DNA of 27,673 nt from Thermotogota bacterium (GTDB taxonomy: Bacteria > Bipolaricaulota > Bipolaricaulia > UBA7950 > UBA9294): the NCBI GenBank assembly GCA_039679545.1, contig JBDKUT010000124.1:1-27673 (forward strand). The letters run 5' to 3'. The position numbers and the translations under genes are program-made. Below, in pieces: positions 1 to 9,783 of this stretch. Positions within the stretch are counted from its first letter, which is position 1. Every line of letters starts with the position of its first letter. The notes beneath the pieces are model-generated. The model ran no database searches. It saw nothing but the letters and a program-made list of their open reading frames with translations, and was not told the origin of the DNA.

Positions 1-1312
1 TGGCCTCTACGATGCGCTCGATCTTCCGATCCGAGAGGATGGACGATGCGTTCGACCGGAACTTCTCGGCGACGTCGTCGTCGGAGAGAGGGCGCTCCGG
101 GCTTCCCTTCGCGAAATCCTCCTGGCACGTGTACGCCTCGCCGCTCTCAGTCGTGACCGTGACGACGGCGCGCTTCACGTTGGGGAAGAGAGCGTCGATG
201 GCCGGGTCAGCGACGACCTGAATCTTCCCCAGCAGACTGCGCACGAACGGGTCGGCCAGCGCGTCCGCCTCGAAGTCGGACGGCAGAACATTGCCCTTGG
301 CGGCAGCGACAGCAACGCAGTAGGGGAGCGAGTGATCCGCCGTCTCCTTCGTCTTGGGGGCGTACTTCGAAGGGTCGGAGAGGATGTCGGCTCCCCGCGT
401 CGTGGTCTTCACGAGGATCGACCGCAGGGCGTGCGGGTCGACGCCGTTCTCCTCCATGACCTCAAGCACGGCGGTGATCGGCTGGTGCGTAAGCGCCTCC
501 GTGGGGAACGCCTTGTACCCGCACTCGGTGATCAGGAACTCCGAACCGAGTCCACGGGTCATGACCTCGGCGTCCCACGTGACGTTGCTGAGAACGTGGA
601 AGGCGCCCTCCTTCCCCTCGAACACCTCGACGGGGCCCGTGTACCCGGTCGACGCGAGCACCGCGGCGCGGACCCCCGCTTCAGTCGCCATCGGATCGGC
701 GGTGTTCTTCATGTTCGTCAGGTGGCCGGCGACGACGCCTCCGAGCGTGAAGTGGCTCGAACCGCTGATTCCGCACGCCGCTACCAGTTGATCCTCGGAA
801 AGCCCGAGCATCCGCCCGGCCACGAAGGGGCTCACGAACTGTGTCAGGGTCGCGTGATGCCAGCCGACTTCGCGCACGCCGGGAGTCGCGGCCAAGCAGA
901 GGCGCATCTCGAGCTCGTACGCGATGAGCATCCCGACGATGAGCTCCCTTCCGCTCAACTCTCGGTGCTCGGCCGGTGCCAGCGCAGCGGGGAGGACGTC
1001 CGATGGGTGGCTCGGATCCTGCTTCCAATAGATGTCGTTGTAGTCCATGGCGCGGATCAGGAGCGCGTTCATGAGGGCAGCGTTCGCGATGTCCGTCCGC
1101 GTCCCGTGCCCGATGACCGTCGCCTGCGCCTTACCGCCCACGCGGCGGACGTACTCGTAGGCCTGAAGCATGTCCGCGTGGTCGACGGCGGCGAGGGCAC
1201 ACCCCACGGAGTCGAGCAGGAACCGCTTCGCTTCGTGCCGTGCCTCCGCCGGGATGGCGTCGTAGCGGAGCCCGAGCGCGAACTGCGCCATTCTCTGACT
1301 GATCGACGTCAT
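1..1312 (-). CDS. prpD: MmgE/PrpD family protein (2-methylcitrate dehydratase-like), 3' end runs off the window
   Basis: Absent from the ORF track (no stop in window). Manual translation from ATG at 1312 (SD GGAGG upstream): MTSISQRMAQFALGLRYDAIPAEARHEAKRFLLDSVGCALAA...DYNDIYWKQDPSHPSDVLPAAL...GWHHATL...ADHSLPY...PKGSPERPLSD, typical of the PrpD family. Confidence 0.9.
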   Translation of the reverse strand, partial: MTSISQRMAQFALGLRYDAIPAEARHEAKRFLLDSVGCALAAVDHADMLQAYEYVRRVGGKAQATVIGHGTRTDIANAALMNALLIRAMDYNDIYWKQDPSHPSDVLPAALAPAEHRELSGRELIVGMLIAYELEMRLCLAATPGVREVGWHHATLTQFVSPFVAGRMLGLSEDQLVAACGISGSSHFTLGGVVAGHLTNMKNTADPMATEAGVRAAVLASTGYTGPVEVFEGKEGAFHVLSNVTWDAEVMTRGLGSEFLITECGYKAFPTEALTHQPITAVLEVMEENGVDPHALRSILVKTTTRGADILSDPSKYAPKTKETADHSLPYCVAVAAAKGNVLPSDFEADALADPFVRSLLGKIQVVADPAIDALFPNVKRAVVTVTTESGEAYTCQEDFAKGSPERPLSDDDVAEKFRSNASSILSDRKIERIVEA

Positions 1313-1322
1313 GGCTTCCTCC

Positions 1323-2441
1323 CTAGGCGAGCGCCGCGATCACGGCGTCCGCCATACCGCTCGTCGTCGTCGTGCCTCCCATGTCGTACGTCCTCGCCTT
1401 TCCTTCGGCGACGACGCGGGTGATCGCCCGCTCGATGCGCTCGGCTCTCTCGTGCTCGCCGAGGTGATCGAGCATCAGGCGCGCGGCCTGGATCGTGGCG
1501 ATCGGGTTCACCTTGTTCATGCCCGTGTACTTGGGAGCGGAGCCGTGCGTCGGCTCGAAGACCGCGTAGTGGTCGCCGATGTTTCCCGCCGAGGCGAAGC
1601 CGAGCCCGCCGACGAGCTGCGCCGCAAGGTCGGAGATGATGTCGCCAAAGAGGTTGGTCGAAACCAGGATGCCGTAGTCCTGAGGGTTCTTGACGAGCCA
1701 CATGCACATCGCGTCGATGTTCGTCTCGAGGAGTCCGATCTCCGGGTACTCGCTCGACATGGCGCGCGCCTCGCGGATCATGAGCCCGGAGGTCTCCCGG
1801 ATGACGTTCGCCTTCTCGACGACGGTCACCGTCTTGTATCCGTACTTCCGCGCGTGCTCGAACGCGCTCCTCAGAATGCGGCGGCACCCGCCGCGGGTCA
1901 CGATTCGCGCCGAGATCGCCATGTCCTCGTTCGCCACGGCGTCGAAGCGCTTCATCTTCGGGTGCAGTGCGAACGCCTTGCGGATCTCGGACGGGATCGG
2001 GTGCCACTCCACGCCGGAGTACAGGTCCTCGGTGTTCTCACGGAAGACGACGATGTCGATGTCGTCTCGCAGGTTGAGCGGGTTCCCGGGATACGCCTTG
2101 CACGGCCGCATGTTGGTGTGCAGGTCGAAGAGTTGCCGAAGCCCGACGATGGGGCTCGAGTAAGCGAACCCCTTCCCTTGGAGGGACGGCGAGAGCTCTG
2201 CGGCGGCCTCTTCTTTGGGCTTCGAGGTGATGGCCCCGAACAGGCAGACGTCCGTGGACTTCAGGAGCTTGATCGTGCGCTCAGGAAGGGGGTTCCCTTC
2301 GTTCTTCCAGAACTCCCAGCCGATGTCGCCATGCTGGTAGTCGGCCTTCAGTCCCACCGCGTCGAGAACGCGCTTCGCGGCGGCCAGCACGTCGCCTCCG
2401 ATTCCGTCGCCCGGCAGCATTGCGATCCGGTAGTTGGCCAT
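1323..2441 (-). CDS. Isocitrate/isopropylmalate dehydrogenase family protein, homoisocitrate dehydrogenase-like
   Basis: PGDGIG, YSSPIVGLRQLFDLHTNMRP, FRENTEDLY, KANV, NLFGDIISDLAA, FEPTHGSAP, NPIATI, RTYDMGG motifs; SD GGAGGG upstream. Confidence 0.92.
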   Translation of the reverse strand: MANYRIAMLPGDGIGGDVLAAAKRVLDAVGLKADYQHGDIGWEFWKNEGNPLPERTIKLLKSTDVCLFGAITSKPKEEAAAELSPSLQGKGFAYSSPIVGLRQLFDLHTNMRPCKAYPGNPLNLRDDIDIVVFRENTEDLYSGVEWHPIPSEIRKAFALHPKMKRFDAVANEDMAISARIVTRGGCRRILRSAFEHARKYGYKTVTVVEKANVIRETSGLMIREARAMSSEYPEIGLLETNIDAMCMWLVKNPQDYGILVSTNLFGDIISDLAAQLVGGLGFASAGNIGDHYAVFEPTHGSAPKYTGMNKVNPIATIQAARLMLDHLGEHERAERIERAITRVVAEGKARTYDMGGTTTTSGMADAVIAALA

Positions 2442-2543
2442 GGTCCCTCCCGCCTCGTGCGAGGCGCGGCGATTATACCGGCCGAAGCGTGGGATCGGCG
2501 TCCCACGGCGCGGGATTGCGTGGCGGATGCGCCGCCCGGCCGG

Positions 2544-4265
2544 CTATGTCCCTTCTCCCGTCTCTCCGTAGAGCCTTCGGTAGACAAGCCAAGCGTCGAG
2601 CACTTGGACGATGTACTCGCGGGTCTGAACGAGAGCGAGGAGGGAGGGGAAGTCGGCGACGGAGGCGTTCGGAGCCGCGGCGAGCCACCGACTGACGTTT
2701 CCTGGCCCTCCGTTGTAGGCAGCGACGGCCTGCACGACGTTCCCGCCGAACTGCCGAAGCAGCGAGCCGAGGAAGTAGATCCCGCAGCGGATGTTCGTCT
2801 CTGGGTTGAAAAGGGTGTCGTCGCGGTAGGAGATGCCGAGCTTCGATTCTACGATCCCACGCCCGGTGGAGGGCAGGAGCTGCATCAGGCCGCGCGCGTC
2901 AGACGGAGACACCGCCGTCGGAAGGAAGTTCGACTCTTCGCGCATGATCGCAAGAGCCAGGAGGGGGTCGACGTTGTACTCCTTCGCCCATCGCGTCACG
3001 ATCGGCCACCACGGCTTGGGGTACGCAAGCTCGTAGACGTCGCGTGTCGGGCGGTCGTGGAGGAGTTGTCCGGCGATCTCGAACGCCACGTGGGGGTTGC
3101 CGTGGCGGCCGTACCAGCGCGCGATTGCCAGCCGCTCGTCAGCACTGGCGGCGGCGAGCGAGAACTCGAGGTCGGTCTCGGCCCACGAGAGTCCGACGCG
3201 GCGCAGCAGAATGTCGGCGGTTCGTACCGAGTCCGGTGGGGTGCAGCGAGGCTCCGGGCGCGGCGCCGTGGGAGCGGCGTACGTGCCGAGAATCCACTGG
3301 AATGCGGCCGGGAGCGTTGTCTCCATGTCCTCGGCGCTGGCGATGTCCCCGCGCTTGCGCAGGAGGAGGAAGGCACGCAACGCGGCGTCATCGCGGACCC
3401 GGTGAGTGCTTGAAGCGAGCTGTTCGTACACGGCGAGGGCGGCGGATTCGTCTCCCAACCCCTCGAGCAGGCGGGCGCCGCACCATCGCGCCTCGAGGTC
3501 CGCGGAGCGCAGATAGGCGTCGGCGGCCTCGCGGGTGCGCCCCATCCCCTCGAGGAGCGTTCCTTCGCGGAACGCTCCGGATGCCCCGAGAGCGTGGTAC
3601 GTCTCGAGGGCCCGCTCCTTGTCTCCCGCTCGCTCCAAGGTGCGCCCGTATTCAAGCCGGATGGGCGTCTCGCTCGGTCGGTCCGCGAGGTACCGGTCGA
3701 ACTCCTCAATCGCTTCGGCCGGACGCCCTAGGGCCACGAGGGCCCGGGCACGTATGAGCCGCGTGTTGGGCGTCGAGGCGGGAGTGACGAGCGGAAGAGC
3801 CTCAGTCGGCCTTCCTGCCGTCAGGAGAAGGGAGGCAAGCCGAGCGTTGTCGGTCTCGAGCCGGAGGACGGCGTCGATGGCCTCGCTCTTTGGAAGGAGC
3901 TTCTCCCAAACGGCGAGCGCTGCCTTTCGGTCTCCCGCGGCTTCGAGCACCGTCGCAAGTTCCCTTTGTACATCGTTTGTCGGGTGGAGCGCCAGGGCGG
4001 CGCGCAGGTGTGTAGCGGCGGCGGCGTAGTCCCCGGTGGCGGCTCGAGATCGCGCGGCGAGCAAGCGCGCCTGCCATCCTGCGCCGTCTTGGCGCTCGGC
4101 TAGCGCTTCCAAGGCACCCTGCGTCGCGGGGAGTCCGGCCTGGGCACGCTCAAGCGCCTCGTAGGCGGCGTACCCTGAGGGGCGCACGAGCGTGGGGACG
4201 AGGATCGCCGCCGCTACGCATACCGCAACGCCGGCGAGCAGGCCGGCATAGAGCGCCCACTTCAT
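2544..4265 (-). CDS. Membrane-anchored TPR-repeat lytic murein transglycosylase (Slt family)
   Basis: C-terminal SLT motifs IMREESNF, ARGLMQLLPSTG, AYNGG, QTREY; Ala/Leu-rich TPR-like helices; N-terminal TM segment from MKWALY (ATG 4265 preferred to the track start at 4499). Confidence 0.88.
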   Translation of the reverse strand: MKWALYAGLLAGVAVCVAAAILVPTLVRPSGYAAYEALERAQAGLPATQGALEALAERQDGAGWQARLLAARSRAATGDYAAAATHLRAALALHPTNDVQRELATVLEAAGDRKAALAVWEKLLPKSEAIDAVLRLETDNARLASLLLTAGRPTEALPLVTPASTPNTRLIRARALVALGRPAEAIEEFDRYLADRPSETPIRLEYGRTLERAGDKERALETYHALGASGAFREGTLLEGMGRTREAADAYLRSADLEARWCGARLLEGLGDESAALAVYEQLASSTHRVRDDAALRAFLLLRKRGDIASAEDMETTLPAAFQWILGTYAAPTAPRPEPRCTPPDSVRTADILLRRVGLSWAETDLEFSLAAASADERLAIARWYGRHGNPHVAFEIAGQLLHDRPTRDVYELAYPKPWWPIVTRWAKEYNVDPLLALAIMREESNFLPTAVSPSDARGLMQLLPSTGRGIVESKLGISYRDDTLFNPETNIRCGIYFLGSLLRQFGGNVVQAVAAYNGGPGNVSRWLAAAPNASVADFPSLLALVQTREYIVQVLDAWLVYRRLYGETGEGT

Positions 4266-4488
4266 GGTCTCACCGTAGTGCCGCAGAGCGACGTCACAAT
4301 GATCGGAACGTACCCGGAGAGCGACGTCCGACCAAGGCCGCCACCGTGATCGGGAGAGGACGTTCGGCCTGGTCGGAGCGGCCACAAGGCATGGCCAAGC
4401 GAGCGGGCGACGTCGCTGTCTGCGCCCGGCCTTCGCGCTTCGATTCAACTCCAGCGGTGCTGTGCCTATGATGCATGGGGTGACCGTG

Positions 4489-5286
4489 ATGCTCGCCATC
4501 CGCGAAACGCAGGCCGAGGACGAACCGTTCGTGCTCTCTTGTTCTCACGCCGGGGAGTCCGCCGAGATCGACGCTTGTTCCGCGCGGCGAGGGCCTCTGT
4601 TGCGACGCCTGCGGTCGGGCGGCGCCGTGGCCTTCGCGGCCTTCCTCGACGGTGAGGCGGTCGGGTTCGCCCACGGAATCCCCATCGAGCTCTCCTCGTG
4701 GGGCCCCTTGGGAGAGGGAATCTTGACGCTTCCGTGTCTGTACGTCGTGAAGAAGGCGGCTCGTCTTGGGGCGGGCCGAAGGCTCGTGGAGGCAGTTCTG
4801 GAGGCCGCGCGGCGTCAGCGGCGCACCGCCGTCGCGACCACGGCCTATCGCGACTTGCCGGGAGCCGAGTGGTTCTTGCCGGCAGCGTTCTTCGAGTCCG
4901 TGGGTTTCGACGTCGTCGCCGAGCGCGGGCGGGAGGTGCTTCTCTGGAGGCCATTGCTGCGCGCCGCCTCGCCGCCTCGCTTCCTCGAGTCGACCTACCA
5001 GTTCCAGCCTGTGCCGGGCCGCGTCGCCGTCGACCTCTTCTGGAACGGTTTCTGCCCGACCAGCGACATCGAGGCGGAACGGGTGCGGGGAGTCTGCGCA
5101 TCGTACGCTCCGCGCGTCCTGCTCCGCGAGTACTGCGCCGAGGATCGGCACGCGCTCCTCGAACATCAGATCCCGCGGGGCATCTTCGTCGACGGCTGGG
5201 AGATCGGCTGGGGGTACGAGGCCCCCGAGGAAGGAATCCGCGACGCGATCGAGGCGGCGCTCCGAGGGTGTCATCCGAACAGTTGA
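4489..5286 (+). CDS. GNAT family N-acetyltransferase with C-terminal thioredoxin-like (YoaP-like) domain
   Basis: LPCLYVVKKAARLGAGRRLV (GNAT motif A), AAFFESVGF; C-terminal FWNGFCP...IFVDG. Start codon uncertain (4462-4489). Confidence 0.75.
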   Translation: MLAIRETQAEDEPFVLSCSHAGESAEIDACSARRGPLLRRLRSGGAVAFAAFLDGEAVGFAHGIPIELSSWGPLGEGILTLPCLYVVKKAARLGAGRRLVEAVLEAARRQRRTAVATTAYRDLPGAEWFLPAAFFESVGFDVVAERGREVLLWRPLLRAASPPRFLESTYQFQPVPGRVAVDLFWNGFCPTSDIEAERVRGVCASYAPRVLLREYCAEDRHALLEHQIPRGIFVDGWEIGWGYEAPEEGIRDAIEAALRGCHPNS

Positions 5287-6149
5287 GGCTCCTGGGCCGA
5301 CGGCGCCAGCCTCGGTCGGACGGACGCACGGATGCCGAGCGGGCCGCACATCGCTTCGAACGAGGTGCGGAGCGCACCGGCGTGCGGCGATGGGCACGTG
5401 TAGTCATTGCCGTACGTTTTCTCGTAGCGCTCCCGCAGTCCGGGGAAGAGTTCGTCGAGTTTCCGGTAGTAGTAGGTTCGCTGCCGATCCCGAAGGCTCA
5501 TTCCGAACCAGGGGATGATCGTGCGAACTCCGCATCGGTGTGCCTCTTCGACGATCGCCGAAACGTTGTCCCACGCGTCCTCAAGGAGCGGAAGGACGGG
5601 CATCAGGGCGACGCGCGTCTCGATCCCCGCAGCGGAGAGTTCGGCGAGAGCTCGAAGGCGCGCAGACGTCGGGGGCGCTCCAGGCTCGACGCGCTGGGCC
5701 AGCCTGTCGTCGATGGTCGTGATCGTCAGCGACACGGCTGCCGTCGAGGTCCGAGCGATCCGCTGGAGAATGGGGATGTCCCGCAGAATGAGGTCGCTCT
5801 TCGTGATCACGTGGACGCCGAAGCCGTGGGCGGCGATGACCTCCAAGGCGGCGCGCGTGAGCCCGACGTGCTCCTCGAGCGGCATGTAGGGATCGTTCAT
5901 CGAGCCTGTTCCCACGACACCCTTCCGCCGCTTCATGTGCAGCTCCTTTGCGAGCACGTCGACGGCGTTCGTTTTCACGAGCACGTCGTCGTCGAAGCGG
6001 TCGTTTCCGTAGCACTCGCTACGAGAGTCACAATAGATGCAGTGGTGCTGGCACCCGCGGTAGAGGTTCATTCCGTAGTCAAGACCGAAGTACGTGTCGA
6101 TTCCGGCGACGCGTGACAGGACGGTCTTGGCGAGGATCTCGCGAATCAT
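5271..6149 (-). CDS. Radical SAM protein, SplB/Rv2578c-like
   Basis: NLYRGCQHHCIYCDS (CxxxCxxC), GSMNDPYMPLE, ITKSDLILRD, VEPGAP. Confidence 0.88.
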   Translation of the reverse strand: MIREILAKTVLSRVAGIDTYFGLDYGMNLYRGCQHHCIYCDSRSECYGNDRFDDDVLVKTNAVDVLAKELHMKRRKGVVGTGSMNDPYMPLEEHVGLTRAALEVIAAHGFGVHVITKSDLILRDIPILQRIARTSTAAVSLTITTIDDRLAQRVEPGAPPTSARLRALAELSAAGIETRVALMPVLPLLEDAWDNVSAIVEEAHRCGVRTIIPWFGMSLRDRQRTYYYRKLDELFPGLRERYEKTYGNDYTCPSPHAGALRTSFEAMCGPLGIRASVRPRLAPSAQEPQLFG

Positions 6150-6245
6150 CGGTCCTTAGTGTAGCGAGCCCACCCCCAGCCCACCGCCTCATCGCGCGTC
6201 AAGTTGCTGTACAATGCGAGCTTGCCCCGGGTGGGCGGAGTGACT

Positions 6246-7091
6246 ATGACGAAGACGAAAAAGATCGCTCACGCTGTGGTGCTCCTGGTGGGCGTTGGAC
6301 TCCTCGCGGCGGTGAGCGAGGCGCAAACCACGAAGAATGCGTCACCCGTTGCCTCGTTCTCTGCCTTCCTCGCGCAGGGGTCCGGTGCGACCGTGGAGTT
6401 TGACGCTTCCGCATCGACAGATTCCGACGGCCGGATCGTGACGTACCAGTGGGTGTTCGGGGACGGGAGCACGGGTTCCGGCATTGTCAAGGATCACACC
6501 TATCCGCACGTCGAGCGCTACAACGTCACGCTGCTTGTCATCGACGACGTCGGGGCGACGGGCATGGTGACGCGGGCGATCGACGTCGAGGAGTTGCAGC
6601 CGCGGAGCGCGCGCGGCGCCAAGGTCGTTACTCCCGCACCGAGCGTGAGCCCATCGATCGCTCCGGAGGGAAACCGCGTTGGGATGAAAGCGCCGGAGTT
6701 CTCGATTCCAGGGACCGACGACGCCAACGTCCAGCTCTCAAACTACCTCGGGCAAGTCGTGATTCTCGAATTCTGGGCGAGCACGTGTCCGGCATGTCAG
6801 GCATCGATGGCGGGACTCGAGGCGCTGCGGATCCACTACGAGGCGCAGGGGCTCGTCGTCATTCTCGTCTCCATCGACCAGACGGCCACGGGGGCCAATG
6901 ACTTCCTCGCGAGGGCCGGCTACAAGGGTTTTGTCTCTGCTATTGAAGCCTACTGGCCTGAGAGGCCGACGCGCACCTCGTATGACGTGAGCCACGTTCC
7001 GCACACGTTCCTTATCGATCGCACGGGCGTGATCCGCTACAGCGGATCGCCCGGCGATCTGACGCCCGCCGTTGTCGAAGCGTGGATCTAG
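6246..7091 (+). CDS. Secreted PKD domain + TlpA/ResA-like redoxin fusion
   Basis: Signal peptide; PKD motif FDASASTDSDGRIVTYQWVFGDG; redoxin APEF...FWASTCPAC...VPHTFLIDRTGVIRY. Confidence 0.85.
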   Translation: MTKTKKIAHAVVLLVGVGLLAAVSEAQTTKNASPVASFSAFLAQGSGATVEFDASASTDSDGRIVTYQWVFGDGSTGSGIVKDHTYPHVERYNVTLLVIDDVGATGMVTRAIDVEELQPRSARGAKVVTPAPSVSPSIAPEGNRVGMKAPEFSIPGTDDANVQLSNYLGQVVILEFWASTCPACQASMAGLEALRIHYEAQGLVVILVSIDQTATGANDFLARAGYKGFVSAIEAYWPERPTRTSYDVSHVPHTFLIDRTGVIRYSGSPGDLTPAVVEAWI

Positions 7092-7199
7092 CTCTGGATC
7101 CCCACGCGCTGTCGCGGCCGGGTGAGATGCGCCGGGAACGCCGGCTCCTTTCATCTGCGACCGGAAGGGCGTATCCTGTTCGGGTTTGAGGAGGTAGCT

Positions 7200-8888
7200 A
7201 TGCACCGGCGACTCTTGGGATTGATCGTTCTCCTTGTTGCGGCATGCCTTCTTCTGGCGGCGTGCGGAAAGGAAGCTGAGCGCACGGCGAAGCCCGCCGC
7301 GGCCGCGGCTCCCACCGCCCAGACTTCGACGCCTGCGAAGACCTCGGCAACTGCTGCGGCGCCCGCGACGGCCACGAAGCCGGCGGCGACGGCTCCTGCT
7401 GCAGCCACCACCGCACCGTCGACCCCGAGCTCGTCGGCTCCGGCAACTGCTCCAGCCACGGCTCCAGCCACGGCCCCGACAGCCACTCCAGCTGCGGCGG
7501 CTCCGACAACCACTCTTCCGCCATCGGCTCCGTCCGCGACAGCCCCGTCAACTCCTGAATCCACGAAATCTCCGCAGGCTCCCGCTTCGCCGTCGGTGCA
7601 GAACCTTGGCCAAGGTGTCGCCACGATTAACGGACATACGATCGAGTCCAGCCGACTCGACCAGGCGACGATGGCCGTTCTGGAGCGTTACCAACAGATG
7701 TACTCGCAGTTCGGGATCGACGTCAAAGGAATGCTGACCGGCGCGCGTGGCCACGTCATGGACCTCGAGATGAAGGTCGAGGCGTTTGCGGGGCTTGTCG
7801 CGCTGACTCTCGTGGACGACGAAATCGCCCGCCGAAACATCACGGTCGCGGATGAGGCCGTCACCGCGGAGTTCGACAAGCAGTACGCGGATTTCCTCGC
7901 AAGCCAAGGGCTGACGGAGGAGAGCTTCACCGCCGCCCTTGCGGCGCAGAACCGGACGCTCGACGCCGTCAAGGAGTCAGCACGAGCGAGCATCCGCACC
8001 CAGCTCACCAATCAGGCGCTTCAGCGCGCGGTAGCGGGCCCGATCACGCTCTCGGATGACGATCTGAAGGCGTACTGGCTTGAGAATCGGGCGAACTACG
8101 ACACGGAGGAACAAATTCGCGCCTCGCACATCCTCGTGCCGACGGAGCAATCGGCGTCGGACGTCCTGGCCGCGCTCGACGCGGGGGCCGACTTCGCGGC
8201 GCTCGCCAAGGAACGATCGACCGATCCCGGGAGCGCGAAGAAGGGTGGAGATCTCGGGTGGTTCGGACATGGGCAGATGACGCCCGCCTTTGAGGAGGCC
8301 GCGTTTGCGCTCGGCGTCGGGGAGCGCAGTGGCATCGTCAAAACGGACTACGGTTTCCACATCATTCTTCTTGTCGACAAGAAGCCGCCAGTTCGGCACG
8401 AGTTCGCCGAGGTGCATGATCAAGTGCGCGCCGACATGGAGAAGGAAGAGATTACGAAGAAGGCGACCGCTTGGTACGAGGCTACTCAGGCGGCTGCGAC
8501 CATCCAGATCAACGATCCGATGCTCGATGCCGGCTGGAAGAAGAGCCAGGACCTCGACGCTGGCCTTGCCGCGTTCGAGCGTCTCTACAACGAGCACTCG
8601 GTCGACGATCCGTACCTGCCGTTCATCATCGGCTCGATCTACGAGACGAAGATGCAGAAGAAGACTACGGAGAAGACCGCGCTGGAGGCCAAGGCGTCGA
8701 GCGACCCGACCGCGGCCGAACAGGTCGCCGCGCTGTCCGCGGAGATTGAAGCGGCGCGCACCAAGGCCTTGTCGTTCTACCAAACCGCGCTGCTGGCGTT
8801 CAGCGACGACACGGTGATCCAATCGCGAATCACGGCTCTGTCGCCGAAGCCGCAGACGGAGTCCGAGGACTCTGTGGACAAGCCGTAG
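7200..8888 (+). CDS. PrsA/SurA-like lipoprotein peptidyl-prolyl isomerase (parvulin) with long Pro/Ala/Ser/Thr linker
   Basis: SD GAGGAGG; lipobox LLAAC; SurA_N-like VATING; parvulin motifs [47 protein letters not shown]. Confidence 0.88.
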   Translation: MHRRLLGLIVLLVAACLLLAACGKEAERTAKPAAAAAPTAQTSTPAKTSATAAAPATATKPAATAPAAATTAPSTPSSSAPATAPATAPATAPTATPAAAAPTTTLPPSAPSATAPSTPESTKSPQAPASPSVQNLGQGVATINGHTIESSRLDQATMAVLERYQQMYSQFGIDVKGMLTGARGHVMDLEMKVEAFAGLVALTLVDDEIARRNITVADEAVTAEFDKQYADFLASQGLTEESFTAALAAQNRTLDAVKESARASIRTQLTNQALQRAVAGPITLSDDDLKAYWLENRANYDTEEQIRASHILVPTEQSASDVLAALDAGADFAALAKERSTDPGSAKKGGDLGWFGHGQMTPAFEEAAFALGVGERSGIVKTDYGFHIILLVDKKPPVRHEFAEVHDQVRADMEKEEITKKATAWYEATQAAATIQINDPMLDAGWKKSQDLDAGLAAFERLYNEHSVDDPYLPFIIGSIYETKMQKKTTEKTALEAKASSDPTAAEQVAALSAEIEAARTKALSFYQTALLAFSDDTVIQSRITALSPKPQTESEDSVDKP

Positions 8889-9099
8889 AGTGACTCCGCC
8901 GCTGAGTGGGAGTTATATAGGATAGGGAGAGAGGAACCGAAGAGCGGGTCGTGGCATCCGACAGGGCGTCACGGCCCGCTTGGACTTCGGCGGAGTTCGG
9001 GTCCAGACCGGCGCTTCACAATCCCTTCACACGGGCTCCACGGCGCGTTGACAGCAAGTCCCTACTCTGAGGGTTATACGAGAGGGGACCCAGAGGGAC

Positions 9100-9135
9100 G
9101 GTGAGAGGCTCCGAAAGGAGCCTCGATACTTTTTT
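9100..9135 (+). terminator. Intrinsic terminator
   Basis: Perfect hairpin GAGGCTCC-GAAA-GGAGCCTC (9105-9124) followed by a T6 run (9130-9135). Confidence 0.75.
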
Positions 9136-9246
9136 ATAGTGCGGAAGCTTCTCTTGGTGCGCTGCAGGCGGGTCGTGCCCTCTGAGGGAGCGCTTTCGAT
9201 CGCGTACGGATGACTCCGCCCGACCGCGTTGACCTGCTCTTCCCAG

Positions 9247-9783
9247 CTAAGGTGACGCGACGACCGCCCTGAGCAACTCTGACTGCCAGATGGATTCCGG
9301 CCACCCTCTCTTCCCTCGCGCTTTGTGGACGAAGTCGAGGTACTCCGCAACCTCCCGGGCGGAGTACCCCAGGTGTCGAAGAATCACGCCGATCACAGTT
9401 CCGGTACGGCCGGTGCCGCCGGCGCAGTGGACGAGAACTCCCTCGCCGCGCTTGAGTGCCTCGAGCGCGATCTCGGCGGCAAACGCGATCTCACGACGCT
9501 CACGCTCTGGGTCAAGGGGGTTCAGGCCGCCGTACAGGTCCTGAAGCTCCACCGCGTGGAGCAGACGGAGAGGAGCCGGGTCATACGACGGGATGGCGTC
9601 CGTCAAGCAGACCACGTTGCGGAATCCGGACTCCGCGAGTGTGGTCCAGGGCGCTTCCGGCGTGGGATAAGGCATCCCGCCGAGCCGGGCCGGTGACGAC
9701 AGAACCGTGTAGAGCTCTGTGGGGATCTCAAGTCCCGGAACCCGGTCCATCCGATTGACCGAAACGAGAGGCGGTCTCTGCAT
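9247..9783 (-). CDS. Dual-specificity / protein-tyrosine phosphatase family protein
   Basis: CX5R P-loop VHCAGGTGRTG; SD GGAGGAG. Confidence 0.88.
   Translation of the reverse strand: MQRPPLVSVNRMDRVPGLEIPTELYTVLSSPARLGGMPYPTPEAPWTTLAESGFRNVVCLTDAIPSYDPAPLRLLHAVELQDLYGGLNPLDPERERREIAFAAEIALEALKRGEGVLVHCAGGTGRTGTVIGVILRHLGYSAREVAEYLDFVHKARGKRGWPESIWQSELLRAVVASP

Noticed and set aside
1311..3413. 700-aa + strand ORF and other long antisense ORFs (332-1423, 16198-18159, 18571-19992, 20305-21699, 24812-26062)
   Set aside because: Shadow frames opposite clear genes, expected at high GC; Arg/Gly-rich with no family motifs.
5271..5286. 16-nt convergent overlap of the GNAT and radical SAM genes
   Set aside because: Short 3' overlaps are common and imply no functional link.
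7290..7595. Low-complexity repeats as a possible array or repeat element
   Set aside because: In-frame Pro/Ala/Thr linker codons with no repeat-spacer structure.
8975..9010. TGGACTTC...GTTCG resembling tRNA or tRNA-Sec fragments
   Set aside because: No cloverleaf, anticodon loop or proper T-arm/acceptor stem could be built.
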